A DNA stretch of 64,000 nucleotides from Eledone cirrhosa. Taxonomy: Eukaryota. Positions 26,708 to 38,539 of the stretch are shown here, piece by piece. The notes under the pieces were generated by a model. The model saw nothing but the letters and a program-made list of their open reading frames with translations, did no database searches and was not told where the DNA came from. Position 1 is the stretch's first letter. Every line of letters begins with the position of its first letter. A program made the position numbers and the translations under genes. Location: assembly GCA_964016885.1 (NCBI GenBank), contig OZ024743.1:172856001-172920000 (forward strand). The letters run 5' to 3'.

Positions 26708-27160
26708 CTGAAGGAAAGAATATCATTTAACACAGTTACAGAGATTTCTGAATATAATGAAAAACAATAATAGTAACAACAAAACAAAAAAGGAAAGAAA
26801 AAAGAAAGAAACAAAAATTGTTCACATTCCATTGTGGTTAACACCAGACTGTACAGATATATAAAAATACAAGAGAGTAGAGAGATTACAATATCTCCAA
26901 CCCATGCTAGCATGGAAGATGGACGTTAAACGATGATGATGATGATCCACCACTGCATATCAGAATGCGCTGTGTGAAGCTATATTTTGAAAAATAGATG
27001 CATGGATTGATCTTATTTCTTTGACTCACTACCTATGTGTCATATAAGCCTGCTCAATCATGACGGCCCCATTGCTGGACAATAACAGCAATTAGTCTCT
27101 CCATAGTCTAATGATTAAACTTACAATACAAGGAAACATAGTTGTTCAAGTTTAACTTAC

Positions 27161-27259
27161 TTTTCCGTTTCAATGTGCCTTGTTTCTTATTTAGTGATGA
27201 CTGGGAATTTTTCGGTGGTAAAGGTGAAGATTTGTTTTGGGGTATATGTGCAGGCTCAT
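27161..27259 (-). CDS. CENPC: CENP-C-like exon 14 (repeat exon 4)
   Basis: ccttcag/gtaagt, 99 nt, phase 1-1. Encodes EPAHIPQNKSSPLPPKNSQSSLNKKQGTLKRK. Confidence 0.8.
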
Positions 27260-27834
27260 CTGAAGGAAAGAATTTAATATCTTATAGCTACTTCTGAAAA
27301 CAACAGCAACGAGTAAAAAGACAGAAAAATAGAAGAGAGGTAGGAATAAAGCAAGCAAAGAAGAAACAAAAAGTGAAATAATAACGAAGTAAAAGCAAGA
27401 ATGTAAAAATCGGAAGGCGAGGGAAAGGTAAGCTTCATAACAGATTTATGTGAAAAACACCAAAAGCTGAATGTTTAGAACAAAACTACATATATGATCA
27501 AAATATCCAGCATTTTAACATTACAACAGAGATGATGACAAACTGTGGACCATACCAAAGTACTGTATACATGGGTGCCACAAGTCTGTTTGATGAAAAT
27601 ATATGTGGGGTCAAGAAAACCTGTGAAACAAAAGGTTGAGAAGACTCTTCATTTGTGTCAAAATTATGATAACCTCCCCTAGTGTTTGTGACATGATGAA
27701 ACACACCTATGTGTCATATAAGCCTGCTCAATCATGACGGCCCCATTGCTGGACAATAACAGCAATTAGTCTCTCCATAGTCTAATGATTAAACTTACAA
27801 TACAAGGAAACATAGTTGTTCAAGTTTAACTTAC

Positions 27835-27933
27835 TTTTCCGTTTCAATGTGCCTTGTTTCTTATTTAGTGATGACTGGGAATTTTTCGGTGGTAAAGGTG
27901 AAGATTTGTTTTGGGGTATATGTGCAGGCTCAT
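27835..27933 (-). CDS. CENPC: CENP-C-like exon 13 (repeat exon 3, identical to exon 14)
   Basis: Identical 99-nt copy with intact splice sites. Confidence 0.78.
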
Positions 27934-28439
27934 CTGAAGGAAAGAATTTAATATCTTATAGCTACTTCTGAAAACAACAGCAACGAGTAAAAAGACAGAA
28001 AAATAGAAGAGAGGTAGGAATAAAGCAAGCAAAGAAGAAACAAAAAGTGAAATAATAACGAAGTAAAAGCAAGAATGTAAAAATCGGAAGGCGAGGGAGA
28101 GGTAAGCTTCATAACAGATTTATGTGAAAAACACCAAAAGCTGAATGTTTAGAACAAAACTACATATATGATCAAAATATCCAGCATTTTAACATTACAA
28201 CTAAGATGATGACAAACTGTGGACCATACCAAAGTACTGTATACATGGGTGCCACAAGAAAACCTGTGAAACAAAGGGTTGAGAAGACTCTTCATTTGTG
28301 TCAAAATTATGACAACCTCCCCTAGTGTTTGTGACATGATGAAACACACCCAGTACACTCTGTAGCGTATTGGAATGCATATAAGCGAGAAGACATGAAG
28401 GTACTTGCAAAAATATGAAATAAAATGTGAAAATCTATG

Positions 28440-28740
28440 TGTGGAAGTTTGATTGACATGACTCTGGTTCCATCAAGGAAGTGGCTATGCTCAATATGTA
28501 GGAAAGGAGTAGGTGGGAACTGTATATGATGTACACAATGTAAAACATGATTATATAAGAGATGTAATGGGGTTGTGGGAAGACTAAAATAAAAGGTGAA
28601 CTTTCTATGTAGGAAATGCACAGGAGTAGTTAGTGTAATAAGCTTTCTCCAATCCCAGGAAAACTCCATAGAAATAGTTGACAGTTTCTGTTACCTAGGC
28701 GACCTCACTAGTAACAGAGGCTTGCTCTGAAAGTATGAAA
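28440..28740 (+). mobile_element. RTE LINE fragment
   Basis: Degenerate SRKWLCSICRKGVG and IVDSFCYLGD. Confidence 0.75.
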
Positions 28741-29193
28741 TGCCAGCTGTCTGCAAAATGTAATGTTACGTGGAAGAACAGATGTTTGATGATGATATAT
28801 ATATATCATCATCATTTAACATCCGTTTCCCCTGCTAGCAAGTCATTACTCAAGCAGGGTTCCTGACCTCTCAGATTGGCTAGGGGCCTGCATCTTGCTT
28901 ACATATGGTCCCATGCTCTCAACATTATAGAGGTTGTTGTATCTTCAACACAGCTGAAGTGTCTCCCTTTGGCAGTTTGCTACAACTGGATGCTCTTCCT
29001 ACAAGCAACCACTTTACTAGGAAGGTTGTTATATCTTTGACACAACTGCAGGGTTTTCCCAGGCATTTGATTGGCAAGCTTTTTATTGCCAACCACTTTA
29101 CAGCGTGTACTGAGGGTGTTCATTGTATAAATAACCAAACACTAGAGAGGTTGGTGGTATGAAACCTAAGTTTTACATATTTATATAGCTTAC

Positions 29194-29289
29194 TTTTATT
29201 TTTCAATGTACATTTGGCAGTTGGTGATTGTTGAGACTTTTTGTGTGGTAGACGTGAGCTTTTTTCTTGGGAATCATCTGAGGGCCCAA
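29194..29289 (-). CDS. CENPC: CENP-C-like exon 12 (repeat exon 2)
   Basis: cttgcag/gtaagc, 96 nt, phase 1-1. Encodes GPSDDSQEKSSRLPHKKSQQSPTAKCTLKNK. Confidence 0.8.
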
Positions 29290-29519
29290 CTGCAAGAAAT
29301 AATTTCATATTTTATATAGTTTATAGAGATTTCTGCAAAGCAAAATGAACAACAACAACCAAAGATAAAGGAAAAAAGAAAGGAAGAAAAGGAAAAGAAA
29401 AGACAAGAAAAAGAAAAATAGAGCTAAAAGAATTCTGTTTTAAATATGAAGAATTTTCTTTTTTAAATATGCCAGCATGGAAAGTGGACATGTGACGATG
29501 TTGATAATGTGATAACAAA

Positions 29520-30003
29520 GGGATTTACTGCCCAAGTAATATGATACCTGCATGAGAAGTGCGGTGTTGTAAGGCAGTGAGTGAGATATGGGCAGTAAAT
29601 GCATAGGATATGCTGAAGCTGGAGAGAAATGAAGTGAGCATGCACACTAACATTACATATTCATTGGATGTATATGTTGGTGTGCATAAACAATAGGGCA
29701 TGGATGAACAGAGAATAACTGGACATAAGAGGTATCAGATGTAAAGTGCAAAAGAAAAGACTACACTGGTATGGACATGTGATGCTTAGGGATGATGAAT
29801 GCTTGGTGAAGTGCCAGGATATGCCAGTAGATGGCAGCTGTAGTAGGAGACTGAGGAAAACCTGAGCAGAGATGATTAGAGCCAATCTTAAAATAATGAA
29901 CTTGACTAAGGTGATAAAGGAATGTAATTATTGGAGGGAAGCTATGCTGGAAAGGACACATTCAGCCCATGGAAACATACATAAAATGAGGATTATGATG
30001 ATG
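29520..30003 (+). mobile_element. RTE LINE 3' fragment
   Basis: RLHWYGHVM motif and a GAT tail. Confidence 0.75.
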
Positions 30004-30344
30004 AAAATTAAAAGATAAAATATAAAAATAAAGTAAGCCTCTTAACTTTCTTTCCTGAATACCTCCTTGAACATCATTAAGATGTTTTGACACTAGTTCC
30101 CCAAGCAGAATAGTGAAAATCAAAAGTTATTTAACATGCCCATATAAAAATTGCTGTAAGTTTATCAATAATACAGATAAAAGCATGACATTTTCAGCGA
30201 AGTTTCAAAGCTAATTTTTTAAAAAGTTCATTATATTTACATTTTGTTAAAATAAATAAACAATTTTGTATCGAAGAATACGAGCAAAAACATGAAAAAA
30301 CATTATTTTCTTTTAATTCTCAACATATACATATATATACCTGG

Positions 30345-31110
30345 AAGTTTGTTTATAACAGTTGCTGGAAATGGTCAAGATGATATGGCTTGATACAGCT
30401 GATGCAGAGGTTCACTTTACACTATTCACATCCTGTTTTTGGTTCCCTTCTAATGTTCTGTTTGGAACTTTGTTGGACACTTGTTAAGTCATTCAGACTG
30501 GCCTTGGTTGTCAGCAGTGCTATGGTCTTCTTATCATGCTAAGCTGTTGCTATTAGATTCCCCTTATGCATTTGAATCAAGTCACCTTGTTTTTACAATT
30601 CGGCTGAAGTGATAGCTTTTGGCAAGCCTCTTCTATGTTTATGTACTGTGTTGCAAGCATAAGTCCCATTCTGTCAATGTTCCCCAAACACACAAAAAGA
30701 AATTATCACAATACAGGTGGTGGTTTTGTCCCAATATATCTCTTGCGAGGTCCTTAACTCTTTCTCCAAGTCCTTGCTCAGGCTAATTTGAAACTTTCCC
30801 AATATAAACTTGGCAGTTTATAACTGCATCCACACTTTTATCCCATGTATTGTAGGCTTCAACAGAATGTACTGTTTAAAGACCAGATGTCCGATGAAAG
30901 CAATTGTAGCATTGTCAATGGATGTTTCACAGTGTAGGTTATACTATGACTTCAGATTTTAGCGTGTGTGTTCAATAAAAGACTGTATATGGGTAAGTAC
31001 TTGAAGCATAACTTCCTACTTCAACCTATCACTGAGCATCAGAATTGAACATACTTCAAATGGGATTTAACTGCTGTAGTGAAACATAAATGTCTACAAG
31101 CAGGATTAAT
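30345..31110 (-). mobile_element. Degenerate piggyBac (PGBD-like) transposase fragment
   Basis: Manual translation gives SIDNATIAFIGHLVFKQYILLKPTIHGIKVW, HHLYCDNFF and ACNTVHKHRRGLPK. Confidence 0.85.
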
Positions 31111-31229
31111 TTCTGAATGATGGGACCAGGAAAAAAAGAGTTAACACATTTCTTTCTTTTTTATATACATTTATATTGGATGACACCATATATTATACAG
31201 TCCAGTAAGTTGAAGCATTTTGAAATTAC

Positions 31230-32330
31230 AATTAGAGAAAAAGTGGAAAAGAAGCTTGCACATGTTCTGTATCATGAGAATCAGAGGCGTGAACAGTTCC
31301 AGAGTACGAGACAATGTGCCAGAAAAATCCATGTTATAGTTGGAGAAAAGTGTGTCCAAAATTGCAGTGGAGCACTTGCTTTGATTGATGCCAAAGAGAA
31401 AGAGACATGGAAGTCCTATTACAAGAGACTGATGAATGAAGGATATAAATAGGAGAGTAAAAACCTACCCCATATAAATCCAACAATGGGACCAACCATA
31501 AAAGTTGACAGTAGTGATAGACAAAGCAATTACAGATATGAAGGTAGGGAAGGCAACTAAACTATCAGGCAGGCTAAGATGCTGAAAATATTCAGCATGG
31601 TGTGTTACAAGATAGAATCAAATGGTACAAGATGGTGTCATATTTGATGACTGTCATAGTAGTATCATTATAAGCTATTAAAGAGCAATGGAAACACACT
31701 ACAGAAACATTAAGTTGACGGACCATGTCATAAAAGTTAGTGAAAGGTTTATAGCATAACTAATTAGAGACAGAATCAAGCTAGATGAGATGGAGTTTGG
31801 TTTTATGCTAGGTAGGAGTACTACCAATGTCCTCTTTCTTGTGAGACAACTGTTGGAGAGGTACATAGCTAAGAGTAAACCTTTACTTGGCATTTGTAGA
31901 TCTGGAGAAAGCCTTTAACAGGGTCCCACGCTCTGTAATCTGGTGCGCACTTAGGAAGCTAGGTGCAGATGAATGGCTCGTAAGGACTGTGCATGCAATG
32001 TATAAAAGTACAACCAGCAAGGTGAGAGTTGCCAATGAGTACAATAATGAATTGGATATGCAGGTGGGTTATCCACAAGGGTTCAGGGTTTATCATTGTC
32101 TTTAAGGTCATCACTGAGGAATTTAAGACTAGCACTTCATGGGAACTGCTATACGCTACTGAACTAGTCCTTATAACTGAATTTGTGAGAGTTAGAGGCA
32201 AAATCCCAGACATGAAAGAAAATCTACAATTGAAAGGCCTAAAAGTAAACTAAGCAAAAATAAACATCTTAATAAGTAGGAAATAGGACAGGAAGCTGCT
32301 GATAAAAAAATGAACATAAAATGATGATGA
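31230..32330 (+). mobile_element. RTE LINE fragment
   Basis: AFVDLEKAFNRVP and WELLYA motifs. Confidence 0.85.
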
Positions 32331-32339
32331 CAAACTTAC

Positions 32340-32420
32340 TTTTAAATGCACATTTACTAATCTGAGGCTTTTTGTGTTGTAAAGGTGAAGATTTGTTTTG
32401 AGGCCCATCTGAAGATACAC
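32340..32420 (-). CDS. CENPC: CENP-C-like exon 11 (repeat exon 1)
   Basis: ccttcag/gtaagt, 81 nt, phase 1-1. Encodes VSSDGPQNKSSPLQHKKPQISKCAFK. Confidence 0.82.
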
Positions 32421-33170
32421 CTGAAGGAAAGAATGTCATATTTTATATTTTTGAAAATGGTGAATAACAACAATGAAAATGATGGAAGAAGAAAAAGAAA
32501 AAAACAATCATCATCATCATTTTACATCTGCTTTCCATGCCAGCATGGGTTGGACAGGTTGCTATGGTCTGAATTAGCTTTTATTCAGGGCTATTGTCCT
32601 TCTAAATGGGTCATAGGACCATGTCTTGCTCATATGTTTTAATTTTTGGCATGGTTTCTACAGCTACATGCTCTTCCTAACAACTAACCACTTTAAAGAG
32701 TGTATTAGGTGCATTGCATCATGGCACTGATACTAGAGAGGTTGTTATGTCCCCAGCAATGGAAAGGGATAAAGATGTTAATATTTAATCCCAGGTAAAC
32801 AATCCAGCCATAACTATCCCATATTTCTGTATATCAGAATACATTATGTTGAGTATTCTTCTTTATTTTAGTCAGGGTTTGATTTGAGTGAAATTTGGGT
32901 TCTAATGTCGCAGGTCAAGCAACCATATAAAGGCATGATGATGATTGTTGTTGAGTTCCAGCTCAGCCCTGATGGAATAGACATGAAAAGTATCCAAGAG
33001 AACCTGGGAACATATTATCCAACATATGCTTTTTTTTAAGCTGGTATAATTCAAGGAAAATTTGGTTGCTATTTCTAGCAACCACATAAAGTCCACCTCA
33101 GAAGATGGTGGTGATAGCAGTAATGATGATGATGATGAGTAAGAAAATAAATAACAATAAGATTCCCTAC

Positions 33171-33236
33171 TTTTATCTTCCGAATCCAGTGCTCTTTTCA
33201 TATTTATGGCAGTATCTGATCCACACTTCAAGTTAA
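33171..33236 (-). CDS. CENPC: CENP-C-like exon 10 (symmetric, less certain)
   Basis: gttccag/gtaggg, 66 nt, phase 1-1, open. Encodes NLKCGSDTAINMKRALDSEDK. Not needed to keep the frame. Confidence 0.6.
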
Positions 33237-33970
33237 CTGGAACACATTTTGTGAAAAAAATAGCATTTGTCAGTTACTGGTTTTTAAGGGACCAATCACT
33301 AGTTCACTGCATCTACGATGGTGAGAGTAAGAAAGGATTATCTGTGCAACTCGGGGAGCTCAAATCCTACAAGCGATTTTGTTCAAAAGCAACAGTTTAT
33401 CAATTTTCTCACCAATATACATAACTGACCACCATAATCATCATCATATTAAATCCATTTTCCATACTACATAAGTCAGACATGTCATAAGAGTCTGAGT
33501 CTAGACAAGTTAGAGGACCATATCTCACTTGTATATTCTATTTTTGGCATGGTTTCTATAGCTGGATACCTTTCTAACACCAACCACTTTACTGAATGTA
33601 CTGGGTCTATTTTATCATTAATCCTAAAGAGATTACATCCACATCATAGAGCATACTGGATGCATTTTATAATGGCATAATCACTACTGAGGTTGCCTTG
33701 TATTTCACAAAACTAAAAAAGTACTGCTTACTCTACATTGTCTGTTTATTCAAAGCAACATGACCACACACACATTGGGTTTCTACACAACTTTTATCTA
33801 CTAAATTCCAACTGAATATGCATTGTAAAAACCACATCACTCCTTGGTTTACTTTATTTATATATTCTTCATAGTAGAGAGTGATTTGAGGGAGATCTGA
33901 CTATTATTTTGGGCAGGTGTATTGAGCAACAACAATCTTAAGATTTATGTAGACAAGAAAAATGACAAAC

Positions 33971-34152
33971 CTTTATATTTTTCAGCCAACTTGCTAGCAC
34001 CTTCTGATTTCTTCACAGGTTTTTCTTCATCATCAATGAGACACAAGTTAGATTCTAATACATCAAAGTAATGCATCTCAATTATTTGTTTATGAACACC
34101 AAATGCCGAAATTACTTTTTGGGGTAATTTGGTATTTTTCTTTGAAGGAACA
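33971..34152 (-). CDS. CENPC: CENP-C-like exon 9
   Basis: cttcag/gtttgt, 182 nt, phase 2 to 1. Encodes VPSKKNTK...LIDDEEKPVKK...EKYK. Confidence 0.8.
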
Positions 34153-34344
34153 CTGAAGATTTAAAAAGAAAAATATTTCATTATTTTCAAAAACTTAATT
34201 ATTTCTTCATTTATTTTCCTCTCTCTGTCTATATATACATCATAGTAGAAGCTATAAACCACTTCTATGGGTCCTTCCTGTGACTGGAATAGGCTTACTG
34301 GTACCCCTGTACATCCTCTATAAACTTTGAACAAAATCGCTTGT

Positions 34345-34930
34345 GGGATTTGAGCTCCCTGAGTTGCACTCACTAACACTTTAGTTTTGGCTAAGTTTAC
34401 TTTAACACCTTTTGATTTTAAATTCTGTTTCCATAATCAGAACTTATTTTCTAGGTCTTTAATGCATTCAGCTATAAGGACCAGATCATCTGCATAGAGA
34501 AGTACCCATGGGCAGCCGGTCTTAAATTCCTGTTATAGCTTGGAGAACTATAATGAATAGTAGTGGGCTAAGAACCAAACCCTGATAGACTTGTACCTTG
34601 AATTCCTCACTAAACTCATTTCCTACTATCACTTTACTGACAGCTTCTCTGTACATGACTTGCACTACACTCACCAACCATTCTTCTACATCTTAATTTC
34701 CTTAAGGACCACCAGGTAATAGATCAGGGAACTCTGTCAAAGGCTTTTTCTAGGTCAACAAAAGCTAGGTAGAGTGGCTTATTATTGGCTAAGAACTTCT
34801 CTCACTAAAAAAAGGGCACTTGTACTTTTTCCAGGCATGAAACCAAACTGCATCTCGTCTAATTTGACTTTTTCTCTAATTAGCTGTGCTATAACTCTTC
34901 CTATCACTTTCATAACTTGGTCCATTAGTT
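34345..34930 (-). mobile_element. RTE LINE RT fragment
   Basis: QFGFMPGKST, VDLEKAFDRVP and LYADDLVL on the minus strand. Confidence 0.85.
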
Positions 34931-35047
34931 ATATATATATACGCACACACATATGCATCAAGTACAGAGGTGTTAGGTTACTAGGGATACAGCAAATATA
35001 ATAAAAAGACAGAAGACAATAACAACACAAGACATTTTGAAAGTTAC

Positions 35048-35097
35048 CTTTTTGATATTTGCTTTTTCTTCATGGGTGACATATGTTTCAACAAAAC
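35048..35097 (-). CDS. CENPC: CENP-C-like exon 8
   Basis: aaacag/gtaact, 50 nt, phase 0 to 2. Encodes VLLKHMSPMKKKQISK. Phases match both neighbours. Confidence 0.75.
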
Positions 35098-35159
35098 CTG
35101 TTTCCAGTGGAATATATAAGATGACAACTTAGATAAAAAGAATATAATTTATTCACCCA

Positions 35160-36390
35160 TCATCATCATCATCATCATCATTTAGCATCTATTTTTCCAT
35201 GCTAGCATCAGTTAGACAGGTTGTCCAGTTTGAGGCAAGTTGGGTCAGGTGACCATGTCTTGCTTGGTTTCTATGGCTGGATGACCTTCCTTACACCAAC
35301 CGCATTTACAGTGTGTACTGGGTGCTTTTTGTTGCGACTCCTACATGACCACTTTACAGCGTGGGCTAGGTGCTTTTTGTTGTGACTCCTACATGACCAC
35401 TTTACAGTGTGGGCTGGGTGCTTGTTGTTGTGACGCCTATATGACCACTTTACAGTGTGGTCTGGGTGCTTTTTTGCTGTGTTGCCATCACGACCACTTT
35501 ACAGTGTGAGCTGGAAACTTCACTGGACGTATGCTGCAGCCTCTTATCATGAGAGATGTATAATAGGGTGGGGTGGGTCTTCTGTATCACTGCATAACGC
35601 CAGAGATCTAGGTCCTGTGTCATCACATTTGAGAGGTGCAATTAAGCAAGGTCAGCTTTTATCACCTCATCCCAAGTCTTCCTAGGTTTCCCCACTTCTA
35701 GTGCTCTGCACCTTTTTATACAGCTGTCATCCTTCATACGCATCACATGTCCATACGAATGCAGTCTCCTCTCCTCCACATTGCATCTGATTTCTCTTAT
35801 ACCTAGTTTCTCTCTCAGTTCATTTATACTTTGCTGTTCATGTAAGTTACCATTACACATCCATTAGAGCATGCAAACTTCATTCCTTTCCAATTTACGC
35901 AAGTCTTCTGCACACAGCACCCAGTTTCACTACCATGTAACATTGCTGTTCGTATGCATGCATCATACAGTCGGCCTTTCATTTTGAGGGAAAAGCCTTT
36001 TGCAGTTAGCAGTGGTAGTAGCTCCCTGAACTTCTTCCATCCTGTTCCCACCCTGGCCACTGTAATTTCAAAACACCCACCCTGGCCACTGTAATTTCAA
36101 AACACCCACCCCGCTGCTAATTTGGTTACCCAGGTAGCAGAAGCTGTCTACTGCATCTACTGAACATTCCAGGAAGTTGATAGTGCTTATTTCCTGTGGT
36201 CGTTTGCTGCTTACTATCCTGGTGCAACTGCTACATGTAAAGCCTACATTCTTAGCTAAAGTTCCTGAAATCTCACATCTCTTGTGTACCCATAGTTTGC
36301 ATTTGAGACGGAGGATGTAATTTCTACCTACACCTTGAGCAAGGCCATTTCCCCGAGGAGATCAAGGCTTTGTTTTCTGTTCTATTTACT
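35160..36390 (-). mobile_element. RTE LINE 3' part, with tandem repeats of about 50 bp in the 3' UTR
   Basis: GWKKFRELLPLL and GHVMRM. About four GACCACTTTACAG units at 35300-35510 and a (GAT)n tail. Confidence 0.88.
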
Positions 36391-36393
36391 TGG

Positions 36394-36431
<38 letters not shown>

Positions 36432-36839
36432 AGAGAGAGAGAGAGGGGGGGGGGAGTGAGAGAGAGAGAGAGGGGGGGGGAGTGAGAGTGAGAGAAAAGG
36501 TGAAGTTGGAAATAGCACGGAAAATATATCTGTTTTTCTTTTTTTTTCCTTTCTTTGATTCGTCAAAGTGACATTATTGAAAAATTGAGAGGGACAATTC
36601 TTTTTAAAAAGAGTTTTATAATGTATATAAAGTATTACTGGTTTCAATGTATTATTAAAATTCATCTTATCAAATGTTGAGTATTACAATTAAAAAGAAT
36701 TAATAAGAATTAAAAACTAAAAACTAAAGATTTAAAATTAAGAGGTAAGTTTTTCCATCTTCCTTGTTGAAAAGAAGACTATATATATACATATATATAG
36801 GGAAAATTGATATTAGAAGTGTCAAAAAAAAATCATAGG

Positions 36840-37355
36840 CACATTTTTCAAATGCAGGTAGGATCTATAGAGGTGGTTATCTAGGTAATGAAATTAGCAA
36901 GGGAGGATGGTAGAATTTAGGGAGCTGCTTCCTTTGTTGAAAACGAAGGGCTTCTCTCTGCGAACGAAAGGTCAGCTGTATGATGCCTGTGTGAGATGAG
37001 TGATGCTGCATGGGAGTGAGACATGGGCAGCAACTGTGGAGGATATGCGAAGGCTGGAGAGAAATGAAGCAAGCATGCTCTGATGGATGTGCAATGTCAA
37101 TGTGCGTGAACCACCAAGCATGGACAAGTTGAGAGTGAAACTGTAGTGTGTAGGAGAGAAGACTATGTTGTAATGGTGACTGCCAGGAGATCCCAGTCAA
37201 AGGAAGACGCAGTAGAGGAAGACCACAGAAGACATGGATGGAGGTGGTGCGAGGTGTCCTCAGATCGTTGAAGCTCAGAGAAGAGAAGATGATGGACAGT
37301 GACAAATGGAGAGATGCTGCAGGGAAAAGTAAAATGATGATGAAATGATGATGAT
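36840..37355 (+). mobile_element. RTE LINE 3' fragment
   Basis: Homologous to 56550-57200. Confidence 0.8.
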
Positions 37356-37387
37356 ACATGTACACACACACACACATATATAGACAC

Positions 37388-37710
37388 ATGGCTTAGTGGT
37401 TAGAGCACTGGGCTTGCAATTAGGAGATTGTGAGTTCAATTCTCAGACTGGGTAATGTTGTGTCCTTGAGCAAGACACTTTATTTCATGTTCCAGTTTAC
37501 TCAGCTGTAGAAATGAATTGCAATGTTGCAGGTGCCAAGCTATATCGGCCATGGCCTTTCCCTTGGACAACATCGGTGGAGAGGGGAGACTAGTATGCAT
37601 GGGTGACTGTTGGTCTTCCACAAACAAACTTGCCCAGACCTATGCTATGGAGGGAACTTTCTAGGTGCAAATTCTTTGGTCACTTGTGACTGAAGAAGGT
37701 CTTTACCCTT
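37388..37710 (+). mobile_element. tRNA-derived SINE, second family
   Basis: TGGCTTAGTGG A box, GAGTTCAATTC B box and a GTGTCCTTGAGCAAGACAC core. Another copy at 60341-60475. Confidence 0.82.
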
Positions 37711-38539
37711 TATAATATATCCCTAGTCCACATTTTAAAGTGGTCATTTTTGGTGCCACAACAAAAAGCACCCAGTCCAAACTGTAAAGTGGTCGTGTAA
37801 GTGTCACGACAAAAAGCACCCAGCACATACTGTAAATGTGACTGGCATTAGGAAATGCATCCAGCTGTAGAAACCAAGCCAGAAACAGTTCTGTATGAGT
37901 AACACATGGTCACCTGACACAAACTTGCCTCAAACGGGACAACCGTTCTATCCATGTTAGCATGGAAAATGGACATTAAACGATGATGATATATATAATA
38001 TACATATATATATATCGAACCTTACTGCCGAATTGTTGATTTGAGAAATGTAATGTATGCGGTTCATTTTTTTGTCGTCTCTCCATGTTCATAGTCCATT
38101 TACCTACCAGTATTTAAACTGTTATTATCTGTTATATATTCGTTTAACTTAGAATCTAATCTTTTCAATAATATGGATAAATCTGTTGGACCTTTCTAAA
38201 AATAATCTTCTCGTAAACTTTCCCATTTCCCTCCCCACATACCACCATTGCTATTTGGTCCAATCATAATTCAGCGGCTTATAAGGTTTCTCTTACCAAT
38301 CTCTATCACAAAGCTACCGTCTTGGTTATTACTTCTTAAGTTTAGACCTCGTTGCTTTTCGATGTGCTAGATGGACTAGAGAATTTGGAGAGTCTGAACA
38401 ATCTGAACACTCAATGACAATGTCAAAGATAAAGATAAACTCACCTCCCGCTGCCAGACGAGAATGCAAGGACTCCTCTTTATTTCAGACACAGATGGCC
38501 AACACCCCTCCCTGCACCTCCAACCCATCCCTTCCACCC

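Larger units (their letters stand above)
27031..28350. repeat. Tandem duplication with a 674-bp unit containing an exon
   Basis: 27031-27704 is nearly identical to 27705-28350, apart from one indel of about 31 bp and a few substitutions. Confidence 0.95.

Noticed and set aside
35300-35510. Repeats of about 50 bp resembling a CRISPR array (also 57560-57715)
   Set aside because: No unique spacers, eukaryotic context, and the units belong to RTE/SINE 3' UTRs.
36398-36492. (CT)n immediately followed by (AG)n, forming a hairpin
   Set aside because: Microsatellite junction at a LINE truncation point with no evidence of function.
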